This document shows positions 17,651 through 24,721 of a DNA stretch of 64,000 bases, piece by piece (positions within the stretch are counted from its first letter, which is position 1; each line of letters opens with the position of its first letter). Origin of the DNA: a virus (lineage: Duplodnaviria > Heunggongvirae > Uroviricota > Caudoviricetes); IMG/VR virus record IMGVR_UViG_3300043436_004120, positions 1-64,000 of that record. One strand, given 5' to 3'. The notes under the pieces are model-generated. The model had not been told where the DNA came from. It ran no database searches and saw nothing but the letters and a program-made list of their open reading frames with translations. A program made the translations under genes and the position numbers.

Positions 17651-17791
17651 ATGGCACGTATCCGAGAAGTATTTGAGCCATATACTTTCGAAGACTTTAT
17701 CAAAGACTCAAATCCACAATCAATGGAAGAATTAGAGCATTTAGAAAAAGTATGGAATCGCACTACTGACGATTTCAAGAAAATGTACTAA
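17651..17791 (+). CDS. small hypothetical protein
   Basis: 46 aa from an internal Met of track ORF 17600..17791. Confidence 0.3.
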   Translation: MARIREVFEPYTFEDFIKDSNPQSMEELEHLEKVWNRTTDDFKKMY

Positions 17792-17795
17792 ATAA

Positions 17796-17863
17796 CGCGG
17801 GGAGTCAGGGTAGAAGCAAGTCTCATAAGCTCCGCTTAGAAGGTTCGAGTCCTTCCCCCGCAA
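17796..17863 (+). tRNA. initiator-like tRNA (fMet-like acceptor, CTCATAA loop) with weak anticodon stem
   Basis: 5' CGCGGGG and 3' CCCCGCAACCA match the E. coli tRNA-fMet acceptor including the C1:A72 mismatch; T-arm GAAGG-TTCGAGT-CCTTC; anticodon stem poorly paired; 68 nt. Confidence 0.4.
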
Positions 17864-17869
17864 CCACTT

Positions 17870-18208
17870 TGTAAAAGCACGTATTGCTAGACTAGCGTAA
17901 GCTACCGGAGTGCTCCGGCTATACTGGGAAATTAGTACCCGGTTATTACATTGCAGGCTTGTAAACAAATCAGTGCTAATACCACTGTCCTGCGTCCGCT
18001 GAAGCGAAAACAAGATGGGCTGCTCTCACGGGGTTTAGTAGTTTCCTGACACAAAAATAACTACTGTGGTTACTGTTTTACATACGGCTACAGACTATGC
18101 CCCCTTGAGGAACTGAAACAGCGTCAATGTCTTCAGGCACAACGAAATGTGTCGCCGGAGAATGTAACCGGCAACTATTCACACAGCCAGAAAGTTTTTC
18201 TGGCTTTT
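17870..18208 (+). ncRNA. candidate ~330-nt structured noncoding RNA ending in an intrinsic terminator
   Basis: No ORF; hairpins CCGGAG-TGC-TCCGG and GCCGG-AGAATGTAA-CCGGC; terminator GCCAGAAAGTTTTTCTGGC + TTTT at 18185-18208. Confidence 0.3.
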
Positions 18209-18280
18209 GGTTTTGTAGCACAGTGGTAGTGCACCGTCTTCATACGGCGTTGGTCGTGAGTTCGAATCCCACCAAAACCA
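18209..18280 (+). tRNA. tRNA-Met(CAT), elongator-like
   Basis: Acceptor GGTTTTG/CAAAACC, D-stem GCAC/GTGC, anticodon loop TTCATAC, T-loop TTCGAAT. Confidence 0.6.
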
Positions 18281-18287
18281 CCAACAT

Positions 18288-18358
18288 ATGTCCCTAGTGT
18301 AATGGCAGCATAACGGTCTCCAAAACCGTTGGTCACGGTTCGAGTCCGTGGGGGCGTG
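18288..18358 (+). tRNA. tRNA-Trp(CCA)
   Basis: Acceptor ATGTCCC/GGGGCGT, anticodon stem ACGGT/ACCGT with loop CTCCAAA, T-arm CACGG-TTCGAGT-CCGTG. Confidence 0.7.
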
Positions 18359-18371
18359 CCAAAATTTAGAT

Positions 18372-18400
18372 TTGCCGCAGATTGCTATTTGCGGTATAAT
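18372..18400 (+). promoter_or_regulatory. sigma70-like promoter TTGCCG-N17-TATAAT
   Basis: Hexamers and 17-nt spacing; upstream of tRNA-Tyr. Confidence 0.45.
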
Positions 18401-18412
18401 TATTCTTTAAAC

Positions 18413-18494
18413 GGAGATTCCGCCGCAATGGTGTGGCAGGGGACTGTAAATCCTCCAACTTAGGTTACGACAGGTTCGATCCCTGTAATCTCCA
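18413..18494 (+). tRNA. tRNA-Tyr(GTA), type II
   Basis: Acceptor GGAGATT/AATCTCC, anticodon stem GGGGA/TCCTC with loop CTGTAAA, long variable arm, T-arm ACAGG-TTCGATC-CCTGT. Confidence 0.7.
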
Positions 18495-18567
18495 CCAATT
18501 TTTGCAAACAGCTTTGACGCCTGGCGATAGCTGTTCAGGGGAAGTCTTAGTTGTTTGCATCTTATAT

Positions 18568-18651
18568 GCGAGAGTGGTGGAACGGTATACACAGCAGACT
18601 TAAAATCTGCCGCCTGTAATGGGCTTACGGGTTCGAGTCCCGTCTCTCGTA
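18568..18651 (+). tRNA. tRNA-Leu(TAA), type II
   Basis: Acceptor GCGAGAG/CTCTCGT, anticodon stem GCAGA/TCTGC with loop CTTAAAA, long variable arm, T-arm ACGGG-TTCGAGT-CCCGT. Confidence 0.75.
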
Positions 18652-18927
18652 CCAAATTGGGTCTAAAGTGTTCATGGACGCACACGGCACTGTCACTGCC
18701 GAAGAGTGGGGATCGTTACCCCCTAGACCCGCCAAAACCTGCCTTAGGTCCGTGCCGTTCCGGTTAGAGCGTCCGTAATCCAATCGGTAGCTACGACAAT
18801 GCTACGCTGTATATCGTAAGCAGCATTATTATTTTAGTATATAACTATCCATTATAAACAAGCAGCAGAGACGCTGTTGTCCAACGATCACATCATCGGG
18901 GTAAGGGGTTGTATGCTAAAATAATAT

Positions 18928-18999
18928 TCCACAGTAGCACAGCGGTAGTGCAGTTGGCTGTTAACCAATTGGTCGTAGGTTCGATCCCTGCCTGTGGAG
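18928..18999 (+). tRNA. tRNA-Asn(GTT)
   Basis: Acceptor TCCACAG/CTGTGGA, D-stem GCAC/GTGC, anticodon loop CTGTTAA, T-arm GTAGG-TTCGATC-CCTGC. Confidence 0.75.
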
Positions 19000-19009
19000 C
19001 CAGTTTTGT

Positions 19010-19080
19010 TGGGGATTAGTTAAATGGTATAACCACGGATTTTGATTCCGTTGTCAGAAGTTCGATTCTTCTATCCTCTG
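19010..19080 (+). tRNA. tRNA-Gln(TTG)
   Basis: 5' TGGGG start typical of Gln, D-stem GTTA/TAAC, anticodon stem ACGGA/TCCGT with loop TTTTGAT, T-arm AGAAG-TTCGATT-CTTCT. Confidence 0.6.
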
Positions 19081-19086
19081 CCACAC

Positions 19087-19160
19087 GGGTCTGTAGCTCA
19101 ATGGATGAGAGCACTTGGCTACGAACCAAGAGGTTGGGGATTCGACTTCCTCCAGACCCA
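19087..19160 (+). tRNA. tRNA-Arg(ACG)
   Basis: Acceptor GGGTCTG/CAGACCC, D-stem GCTC/GAGC, anticodon stem CTTGG/CCAAG with loop CTACGAA, T-loop TTCGACT. Confidence 0.75.
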
Positions 19161-19176
19161 CCACACAACAACCACT

Positions 19177-19647
19177 ATGCACGAATTTAACTTACAAGAA
19201 GTCCGAGACTTTATTGCAGCACAATCACCAGAAACCAAGATTTATCTTGGTGCAGATAGTGAACGTGTTAAGGTTAATGGTGTATGGCACGCAGACTATA
19301 CACTAGCAGTGGTAGTACATATTGACGGCAATCACGGTTGCAAGATTTTTGGAACTATTACCAGAGAACGTGATTGGGATCAAAAAGCTGATAAACCTAG
19401 TTTGCGACTAATGAATGAAGTTTATAAAGTCTCAGACTTATTCCATGAATTATCGGATGTGCTACAAGATCGACACGTTGAAGTGCACCTAGATATTAAT
19501 CCCAGCGAGCGATACAAGAGTTCTGCTGTTGTACAACAAGCTGTTGGTTATATTAAGGGAACTTGTAACATTGATGCTCAAGTTAAACCCAATGCTTTTG
19601 CAGCAAGCTATGCTGCTGACCGATTAAAATTTATATTGGCTAATTAA
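19177..19647 (+). CDS. hypothetical protein (possibly RNase H-like, YkuK/DUF458-like)
   Basis: Internal Met of track ORF 19042..19647 (the upstream part is tRNA sequence); KIYLGADSERV motif; assignment is weak. Confidence 0.35.
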   Translation: MHEFNLQEVRDFIAAQSPETKIYLGADSERVKVNGVWHADYTLAVVVHIDGNHGCKIFGTITRERDWDQKADKPSLRLMNEVYKVSDLFHELSDVLQDRHVEVHLDINPSERYKSSAVVQQAVGYIKGTCNIDAQVKPNAFAASYAADRLKFILAN

Positions 19648-19648
19648 A

Positions 19649-19852
19649 ATGACTGACCGCTTTGACTTAGAACAAAACATTATGCAGTGCTGGAATGTCT
19701 GTGACGACATTCAGTTGTACTTGGATATGCACGATAACATGGACGAAGATCAGCGTATAAACTACCTGATTGGACTCAAGCAAATGTATCACATGAAGTT
19801 TGAGCGTTGCTGGAATAACTTTGAGCAGTGTGTCCGTACTCGTCAAATTTAA
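19649..19852 (+). CDS. hypothetical protein
   Basis: 67 aa ORF. Confidence 0.4.
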   Translation: MTDRFDLEQNIMQCWNVCDDIQLYLDMHDNMDEDQRINYLIGLKQMYHMKFERCWNNFEQCVRTRQI

Positions 19853-19853
19853 T

Positions 19854-19927
19854 GTCGGTGTGTAGCCGAATGGCTAGGCCACGGATTGCAAATCCGTTTT
19901 ATGCAGGTTCAAGTCCTGTCACCGACT
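19854..19927 (+). tRNA. tRNA-Cys(GCA)
   Basis: Acceptor GTCGGTG/CACCGAC, anticodon stem ACGGA/TCCGT with loop TTGCAAA, T-arm GCAGG-TTCAAGT-CCTGT; D-arm slightly irregular. Confidence 0.65.
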
Positions 19928-20060
19928 CCACTTAATGCGCTCAAACCTCTGGTACATGCTGGTCGTGTATTACGTTTGAGCCTTCTCAAGTCAGTTCCTA
20001 TGTGACTTTAAAAAAGGCCGCGAAAACGCCAACGGTTTAGCATAAGCTCACAGTTGGATT

Positions 20061-20131
20061 GCCCTTGTAGTATATTGGTATTACAGTTGCCTTGTAAGCA
20101 TCAAAAGAAGGTTCGATTCCTTACTGGGGCA
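20061..20131 (+). tRNA. tRNA-Thr(TGT)-like with mismatches in three stems (possible pseudo-tRNA)
   Basis: Acceptor GCCCTTG/CTGGGGC (one mismatch), anticodon loop CTTGTAA, T-arm GAAGG-TTCGATT-CCTTA (one mismatch). Confidence 0.3.
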
Positions 20132-20239
20132 CCATATTTTAGCACACTGCTCGCCACTTAATAAATAAATGCAGAGCCGCACCGGTCACGCTTTCTGCGG
20201 GTAACTAGAAACACCTGGCCAGGGTTTAATCTAGCTTGG

Positions 20240-20690
20240 GTAGTGTGCTAAAATATGGTTGTATGAAGCAAAAAGAAAAGAATTCTGGACGCGGGTTCGA
20301 CTCCCGCCAGCTCCACCATAAGCGCGCGCAGAGGGTAGTATGTAAGCCATAAGTACATTGGCTGAGGACTGGGATTCCCTTCCTACTAACAGTAGGGCGC
20401 TTTTGATGGGGCTGCCTTGGTTTCGACAGGGTTACAAGTAAGCAAGTGGACAACTAGGTAATGCAGAAGCCTTAGGATTGGGGATTCCCGGTCGCAGAAG
20501 CAAAACAAAAATAAACGCAAACGATCAAGTTTACGCTTTAGCAGCTTAATTGCCGCTTAGGGTTTGGCCAGTTCCTCGTAACAGAATACTGGCACTATAG
20601 TTTAGCACTTTAGAAGCCCACACCTTGTCGACTAGGGTATCTAGAACGTGGTTACGACGCCTGTCCGTTAGAGTGCTAAACTATATTAAA
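20240..20690 (+). ncRNA. ssrA: circularly permuted (two-piece) tmRNA (ssrA): acceptor piece ~20240-20318 ending GGACGCGGGTTCGACTCCCGCCAGCTCCACCA; coding piece from ~20408 (GGGGCTGCCTTGGTTTCGACAGGG) with tag reading frame 20517-20549 (A)ANDQVYALAA
   Basis: The 3' segment is near-identical to the E. coli tmRNA 3' end but lies UPSTREAM of the GGGGCUG...UUCGAC 5' segment; tag ORF GCAAACGATCAAGTTTACGCTTTAGCAGCTTAA; two ~16-bp long-range stems (20141/20241 and 20596/20676) flank the pieces. Confidence 0.8.
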
Positions 20691-20697
20691 GGAACCC

Positions 20698-21291
20698 ATG
20701 AACAAAGACAATTATATCGACCCTAAGTTGTTTGGTCAGGACAAGTATAGTAATAGCTTTTCAAAGCCAGTTGCACAGCTTCATGAGTTTTACCTAAGCG
20801 GCCCTGTGCTGGATGCTGAAGAATACATTGAATGGTTTGATACAATCCGTAATGCATCGGAGATTGATACCATTCGCATTTACATTAACTCACCTGGCGG
20901 TGACTTGTATACCACACTACAGTTCCTACGAGTAATGTCGGACACACCTGCTACTATTGTTACCAGTGTAGAGGGTGCTTGCATGAGTGCAGCTACCATG
21001 ATCTTCTTACACGGTCACACGCATGAAATCACGCCACACAGCTTGTTTATGTTTCACAACTATAGTGCCGGAACATTTGGCAAAGGTGGCGAAATGTACG
21101 ATCAGCTACAGTTTGAGCGCAAGTGGTCAGAGAACTTTATGCGAGCAGTGTACCGCGACTTTTTAGCTGAAGATGAAATTCAAAGTATGCTCAACAACCG
21201 TGACATTTGGATGACCTCAGATGAGGTTGCACAGCGGCTAGAAAAACTGCAAGAGGCTCGTGCACAACAAGCCAAAGAGTCCAAAGAATAA
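20698..21291 (+). CDS. clpP: ClpP-family serine protease
   Basis: 197 aa; YINSPGGD motif, Ser in GACMSAAT, His in FMFHNYS, C-terminal Asp region; strong SD AAAGGAA upstream; directly follows the tmRNA. Confidence 0.65.
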   Translation: MNKDNYIDPKLFGQDKYSNSFSKPVAQLHEFYLSGPVLDAEEYIEWFDTIRNASEIDTIRIYINSPGGDLYTTLQFLRVMSDTPATIVTSVEGACMSAATMIFLHGHTHEITPHSLFMFHNYSAGTFGKGGEMYDQLQFERKWSENFMRAVYRDFLAEDEIQSMLNNRDIWMTSDEVAQRLEKLQEARAQQAKESKE

Positions 21292-21296
21292 ACAGT

Positions 21297-21385
21297 GGGT
21301 GGTAATGCAGCGGGGTTGGTCCTGCGACTGGCCTTGAAAACCAGGTTCCGTTAACGCGGATGGGGTTCGACTCCTCTGCCACCCG
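21297..21385 (+). tRNA. selC-like / allo-tRNA with 8-bp acceptor and 4-bp T-stem (8/4), long variable arm, discriminator G, anticodon TGA (Ser, UCA codon)
   Basis: Acceptor GGGTGGTA/TGCCACCC (8 bp, perfect); anticodon hairpin CTGG-CCTTGAAAA-CCAG aligns with E. coli selC CTGGA-CTTCAAA-TCCAG; T-arm GGGG-TTCGACT-CCTC; 89 nt. Confidence 0.55.
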
Positions 21386-21458
21386 CCATAGTTAAGTATA
21401 TTTGGGGCTGCTAGACGCCGTGGGTTGTCACTCACTTTAAGCGTGAATATACTTAATT

Positions 21459-21782
21459 ATGGCAATATCATTTAAAAATATCAAAGACCCTAAACTGGGG
21501 TTAACCGACACACTAACATTTGGCAAACTAAAAGGCTGCCGTGTATGTGATGTTGCACAAGATCACTACGAATACTTGATCTGGGCTGAAAAGTCTGGTT
21601 ATGTTAAATATCAAGCAGAAGTTGTTGCACTAATCCAAGAGCAGGCTAGTTTTGCGGCTTGGCAGATCAATGAAGCTGAAGAAGTTGCCCCTTACATGGA
21701 CGGCAACAAATATGAATACTTGGCAGAAATTGCCAGCCGTCAAGACTATGATACCAGTTTTGATGACGATGTACCTTTTTAA
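21459..21782 (+). CDS. hypothetical protein (N-terminal MAISFKN shared with ORF 40335)
   Basis: 107 aa; first 20 nt of the coding sequence almost identical to the start of 40335..40976. Confidence 0.45.
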   Translation: MAISFKNIKDPKLGLTDTLTFGKLKGCRVCDVAQDHYEYLIWAEKSGYVKYQAEVVALIQEQASFAAWQINEAEEVAPYMDGNKYEYLAEIASRQDYDTSFDDDVPF

Positions 21783-21783
21783 T

Positions 21784-21856
21784 GCGTGCTTAGCTCAGCT
21801 GGTAGAGCAGTGGGTTGCCAACTCACAGGTCGCAGGTTCGAACCCTGTAGCCCGCA
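21784..21856 (+). tRNA. tRNA-Gly(GCC)
   Basis: TA-GCTC-AGCTGGTA-GAGC D-arm, anticodon stem GTGGG/CTCAC with loop TTGCCAA, T-arm GCAGG-TTCGAAC-CCTGT; one acceptor-stem mismatch. Confidence 0.65.
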
Positions 21857-21892
21857 CCACTTTTACCCCGGCGCCAAAGTGCCAAAATTACA

Positions 21893-22099
21893 ATGTACCG
21901 AGTTTATTACACAGACCCTGAATCGGGGCAAGCCAAAGGCGTTACAGTCAACGAACTGCAAGCAGCACTGGCTCGTTGTGAACAACTTCGTGATTATGGT
22001 TACTGGTATGTTACCATGGTCTCAGACTATCACGACATGGTTGGTAAGCCAGGAGTTAGTGGCGCAGGCACAAATTATGTGCCACAAATGTTAAATTAA
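21893..22099 (+). CDS. hypothetical protein
   Basis: 68 aa ORF between tRNAs. Confidence 0.4.
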   Translation: MYRVYYTDPESGQAKGVTVNELQAALARCEQLRDYGYWYVTMVSDYHDMVGKPGVSGAGTNYVPQMLN

Positions 22100-22102
22100 A
22101 TT

Positions 22103-22173
22103 GCAGGGTTGGTATAGTGGCTGTGCCCCATCCTTCCAAGTTGGTGACACCGGTTCGATCCCGGTACCCTGCT
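22103..22173 (+). tRNA. tRNA-Gly(TCC)
   Basis: Acceptor GCAGGGT/ACCCTGC, anticodon loop CTTCCAA, T-arm ACCGG-TTCGATC-CCGGT; one anticodon-stem mismatch. Confidence 0.6.
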
Positions 22174-22178
22174 CCAGT

Positions 22179-22250
22179 GCACGGTTAGCTCAGCGGTAGA
22201 GCGGCTGCTTTACACGCAGCGGGTCGGCGGTTCAAACCCGTCACCGTGTA
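22179..22250 (+). tRNA. tRNA-Val(TAC)
   Basis: Acceptor GCACGGT/ACCGTGT, D-stem GCTC/GAGC, anticodon stem GCTGC/GCAGC with loop TTTACAC, T-arm GGCGG-TTCAAAC-CCGTC. Confidence 0.75.
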
Positions 22251-22267
22251 CCACAAAAAATTTTTAC

Positions 22268-22296
22268 TTGCAAAGTTACCCTAAATCTAGTATAAT
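22268..22296 (+). promoter_or_regulatory. sigma70 promoter TTGCAA-N17-TATAAT
   Basis: Consensus hexamers; followed by SD AGGGGG and the ATG of the fibre gene. Confidence 0.6.
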
Positions 22297-22312
22297 GGTG
22301 CTAGATTTAGGG
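22279..22312. repeat. operator-like palindrome CCCTAAATCTAG-tataatggtg-CTAGATTTAGGG straddling the -10 element
   Basis: Perfect 12-bp inverted arms carrying the CCCTAA core. Confidence 0.6.
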
Positions 22313-22356
22313 TATTTTTATTTGCCCAGTTATAAACTAAAATAGGGGGTACGGTT

Positions 22357-23319
22357 ATGCCATTACCATCGTCTGGTGCGATATCATTATCACAGGTCAA
22401 CACTGAACTTGGACTAAGTGCAACCGCAACTATTAGCATGAATGATGCTGCTGTACGAACACTGTTTGGAGTGGGTGGTAGTGGTACTACAATATCCATG
22501 TCGCAAGGCTACGGCAAAGCAAACGCGTTTTCTTTTACTATTAGCAGCAATCAAACCAACGCCAACCTTCGCACACTGGCCGTAAACGCTGGTTGGAATC
22601 AGTCCAGCAAGGTTATTGCAACCATCGGTAGTGGTATATTCATCAGCAGTAACGGTACTGGAACTACTGCCCTTACAATCAGCGGTAGCTTTCCTGGCGG
22701 AGTTGACCTAATCAACAACGGCACTATTGCTGGCATGGGCGGCGCTGGTGGTATTGGTGCTGCCGTCAACAGTAGCGCCGTCGCCACTCCAGGTACTGCT
22801 GGCGCTAGCGGTGGATTGGCACTTTCTGTTTCTTCTGCTGTTAGCATAACCAACAACGGCACTATCGGTGGCGGTGGCGGCGGCGGTGGTGGTGGTCAGG
22901 CCGCCCGGAACCGGTACTACGATCGGGATTCTAGAAATCTTTGGGGTGGTGGTGGTGGTGGTGGTCAATCAAGCGCTGCGGCCAACTCAGCAGGTGGTGC
23001 TGCCGGCAGCACCACATATGGTTTTGACATGACTACCCTGCCTCAACCGGGTGGTGCAGGCACATCTAGTGGTGCTGGGGCAGGTGGAGCAGGATCCACC
23101 GACACCGTCGCCTACCCCCCTAACCCGGGCTATGGTGGTGCTGGCGGTGCTGGTGGCACACGAGGTGCGGCTGGCGCAAGTGGAGGAAATTATTCTGCGA
23201 CTGGCCCTGTATTGTCCCTAACCGGTCCATACAGTGGCGGCAGTGGCGGTGGTGCCGTATCGGGCAGTGCAAATATAACTTGGCTGGCGACCGGAACTCG
23301 CCTTGGAGCAATAACATGA
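22357..23319 (+). CDS. glycine-rich fibre-like protein (putative tail fibre)
   Basis: 320 aa; long poly-Gly/GGAGG repeats; followed by, and translationally coupled (ATGA) to, a tail-fibre assembly chaperone. Confidence 0.5.
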   Translation: MPLPSSGAISLSQVNTELGLSATATISMNDAAVRTLFGVGGSGTTISMSQGYGKANAFSFTISSNQTNANLRTLAVNAGWNQSSKVIATIGSGIFISSNGTGTTALTISGSFPGGVDLINNGTIAGMGGAGGIGAAVNSSAVATPGTAGASGGLALSVSSAVSITNNGTIGGGGGGGGGGQAARNRYYDRDSRNLWGGGGGGGQSSAAANSAGGAAGSTTYGFDMTTLPQPGGAGTSSGAGAGGAGSTDTVAYPPNPGYGGAGGAGGTRGAAGASGGNYSATGPVLSLTGPYSGGSGGGAVSGSANITWLATGTRLGAIT

Positions 23320-23765
23320 ACATTACATACACATACGAAATTATTTCTGTTGACCAACAGGCCCGTTGCATGGAGGTTGTGTACACCGCAGAGGGCTATC
23401 AAACACTACACATTGGAGCAAGACTTCCATACGAAGGCGAAACCCTTGAAGCCATTGTTCAGATGTATGCTCCAGTTCGGTACTGGGAAGAACAAAATAC
23501 ACCAGTTGTTACGGTAAACCCCGGACAAACAGGCAGTGTGCAAATTCTTCCACCTGTAGTTATTAGTGCAGCAGAAACTGCTAGAGCACAGCGCAACCTT
23601 TTGCTTACAGACAGCGACTGGACTCAGTTAAGTGATGCACAAATTGGTGAGCTTGAAAAAACTGAGTGGCTTGGATATCGTCAGGCACTTCGCGACTTGC
23701 CAAGTCAAACGGGTTTTCCTGACGCTATTGTTTGGCCTCTTTCTCCCGGCTTGGAGCTTCGTTAA
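23316..23765 (+). CDS. tfa: tail fibre assembly chaperone (Tfa / Caudo_TAP-like)
   Basis: C-terminal RNLLLTDSDWTQLSDAQIGELEKTEWLGYRQALRDLPSQTGFPDAIVWPLSP matches the Tfa consensus (DW..L.D....W..YRQALRD.P...GFP..V.WP..P). Confidence 0.6.
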   Translation: MNITYTYEIISVDQQARCMEVVYTAEGYQTLHIGARLPYEGETLEAIVQMYAPVRYWEEQNTPVVTVNPGQTGSVQILPPVVISAAETARAQRNLLLTDSDWTQLSDAQIGELEKTEWLGYRQALRDLPSQTGFPDAIVWPLSPGLELR

Positions 23766-24325
23766 TGCGATCTGAAGATTGTTTGCAACAGATTATTCCC
23801 GGCATCGCTGACGCTGGTGTGTTAGTAGAGGTTGGCGTATTGCGTGCGACTAACCTGTTGGCTTTGGCCGCAAGATTCCCAGCAATGCGCTTGATTGGTA
23901 TTGATTCCTATGAAACGTACACTGATCCTTTGCATGGCGGCTATGTTGTCACAGCTGAAATGAGTCGAATGAATGAAGATATTGCTAAAAGGCGTATCAG
24001 CAAAAGCAACTTTGCCGATAGAATTGAACTTAGGGTAGAGCGGTCCGACTTAGCGGCATCAAAAATGTTGGATGCAAGTGTCGATCTTGTGTACTTGGAT
24101 AAGGGCTTCACAGCCGCCGAACAGTTTGATGACGTAACTAAGTGGTTTCCCAAGGTGCGACCCGGGGGCATCTTAGCAGGACATGAAGCATACACTACAG
24201 AGGTGGTACGTGCAACCAAAGAAGCTCTCAAGGCGCTTGGAGTAATACCAGAATTAAAAATCATTAGCGGTCAGGTTTGGTATTTAGTAAAACCTAATAA
24301 CGCTCAACAGTATGTTCCTGATTAG
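23765..24325 (+). CDS. class I SAM-dependent methyltransferase (O-MTase family 3 / TylF-like)
   Basis: LIGIDSYETY, VDLVYLDKG and RPGGILAGHE motifs; start overlaps the tfa stop (TAATG). Confidence 0.55.
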   Translation: MRSEDCLQQIIPGIADAGVLVEVGVLRATNLLALAARFPAMRLIGIDSYETYTDPLHGGYVVTAEMSRMNEDIAKRRISKSNFADRIELRVERSDLAASKMLDASVDLVYLDKGFTAAEQFDDVTKWFPKVRPGGILAGHEAYTTEVVRATKEALKALGVIPELKIISGQVWYLVKPNNAQQYVPD

Positions 24326-24424
24326 TTTTTAATACCCTAAACCGCAGTAATTTCACACTTGAACACAATCCCCGAATGCGGTATAATAATTACTGTTTCG
24401 GGGATTATTTATTTAAGGATTTGT

Positions 24425-24721
24425 ATGCGTAAGATCGTTATTGGAATGCATGCTGGTATGGCAGGCACGGACAGCTGGGGCTTTTGGATAGTTCCAGATG
24501 ACGTGTCTGACGATGAGCTAGCAGATTTTTCCTGGGAGCTTGCTAGAGATCATGCTGAAATGTATGGTATTTATCCTCGTGAGGAATATGTGGACACCGA
24601 GGATTTTGACGAGGACGACGAATCTTATTCAGACAGCATTGAAGGCTGGTTTGAGGACTACAATCCCGAATTGCACGACGGCCACCGTGTTGGCAGTGAC
24701 CGCAGCTGGGAAACTTACTAA
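24425..24721 (+). CDS. acidic hypothetical protein
   Basis: Internal Met with AAGGA SD; highly acidic C-terminal half. Confidence 0.4.
   Translation: MRKIVIGMHAGMAGTDSWGFWIVPDDVSDDELADFSWELARDHAEMYGIYPREEYVDTEDFDEDDESYSDSIEGWFEDYNPELHDGHRVGSDRSWETY

Noticed and set aside
22599-22968. Two minus-strand ORFs (22599..22862, 22708..22968) inside the Gly-rich fibre gene
   Set aside because: They are antisense artefacts of GGN/GCN codon repeats (poly-Pro/Ala/Thr translations) with no independent signals. The plus-strand gene is supported by its promoter, SD and coupling to tfa.
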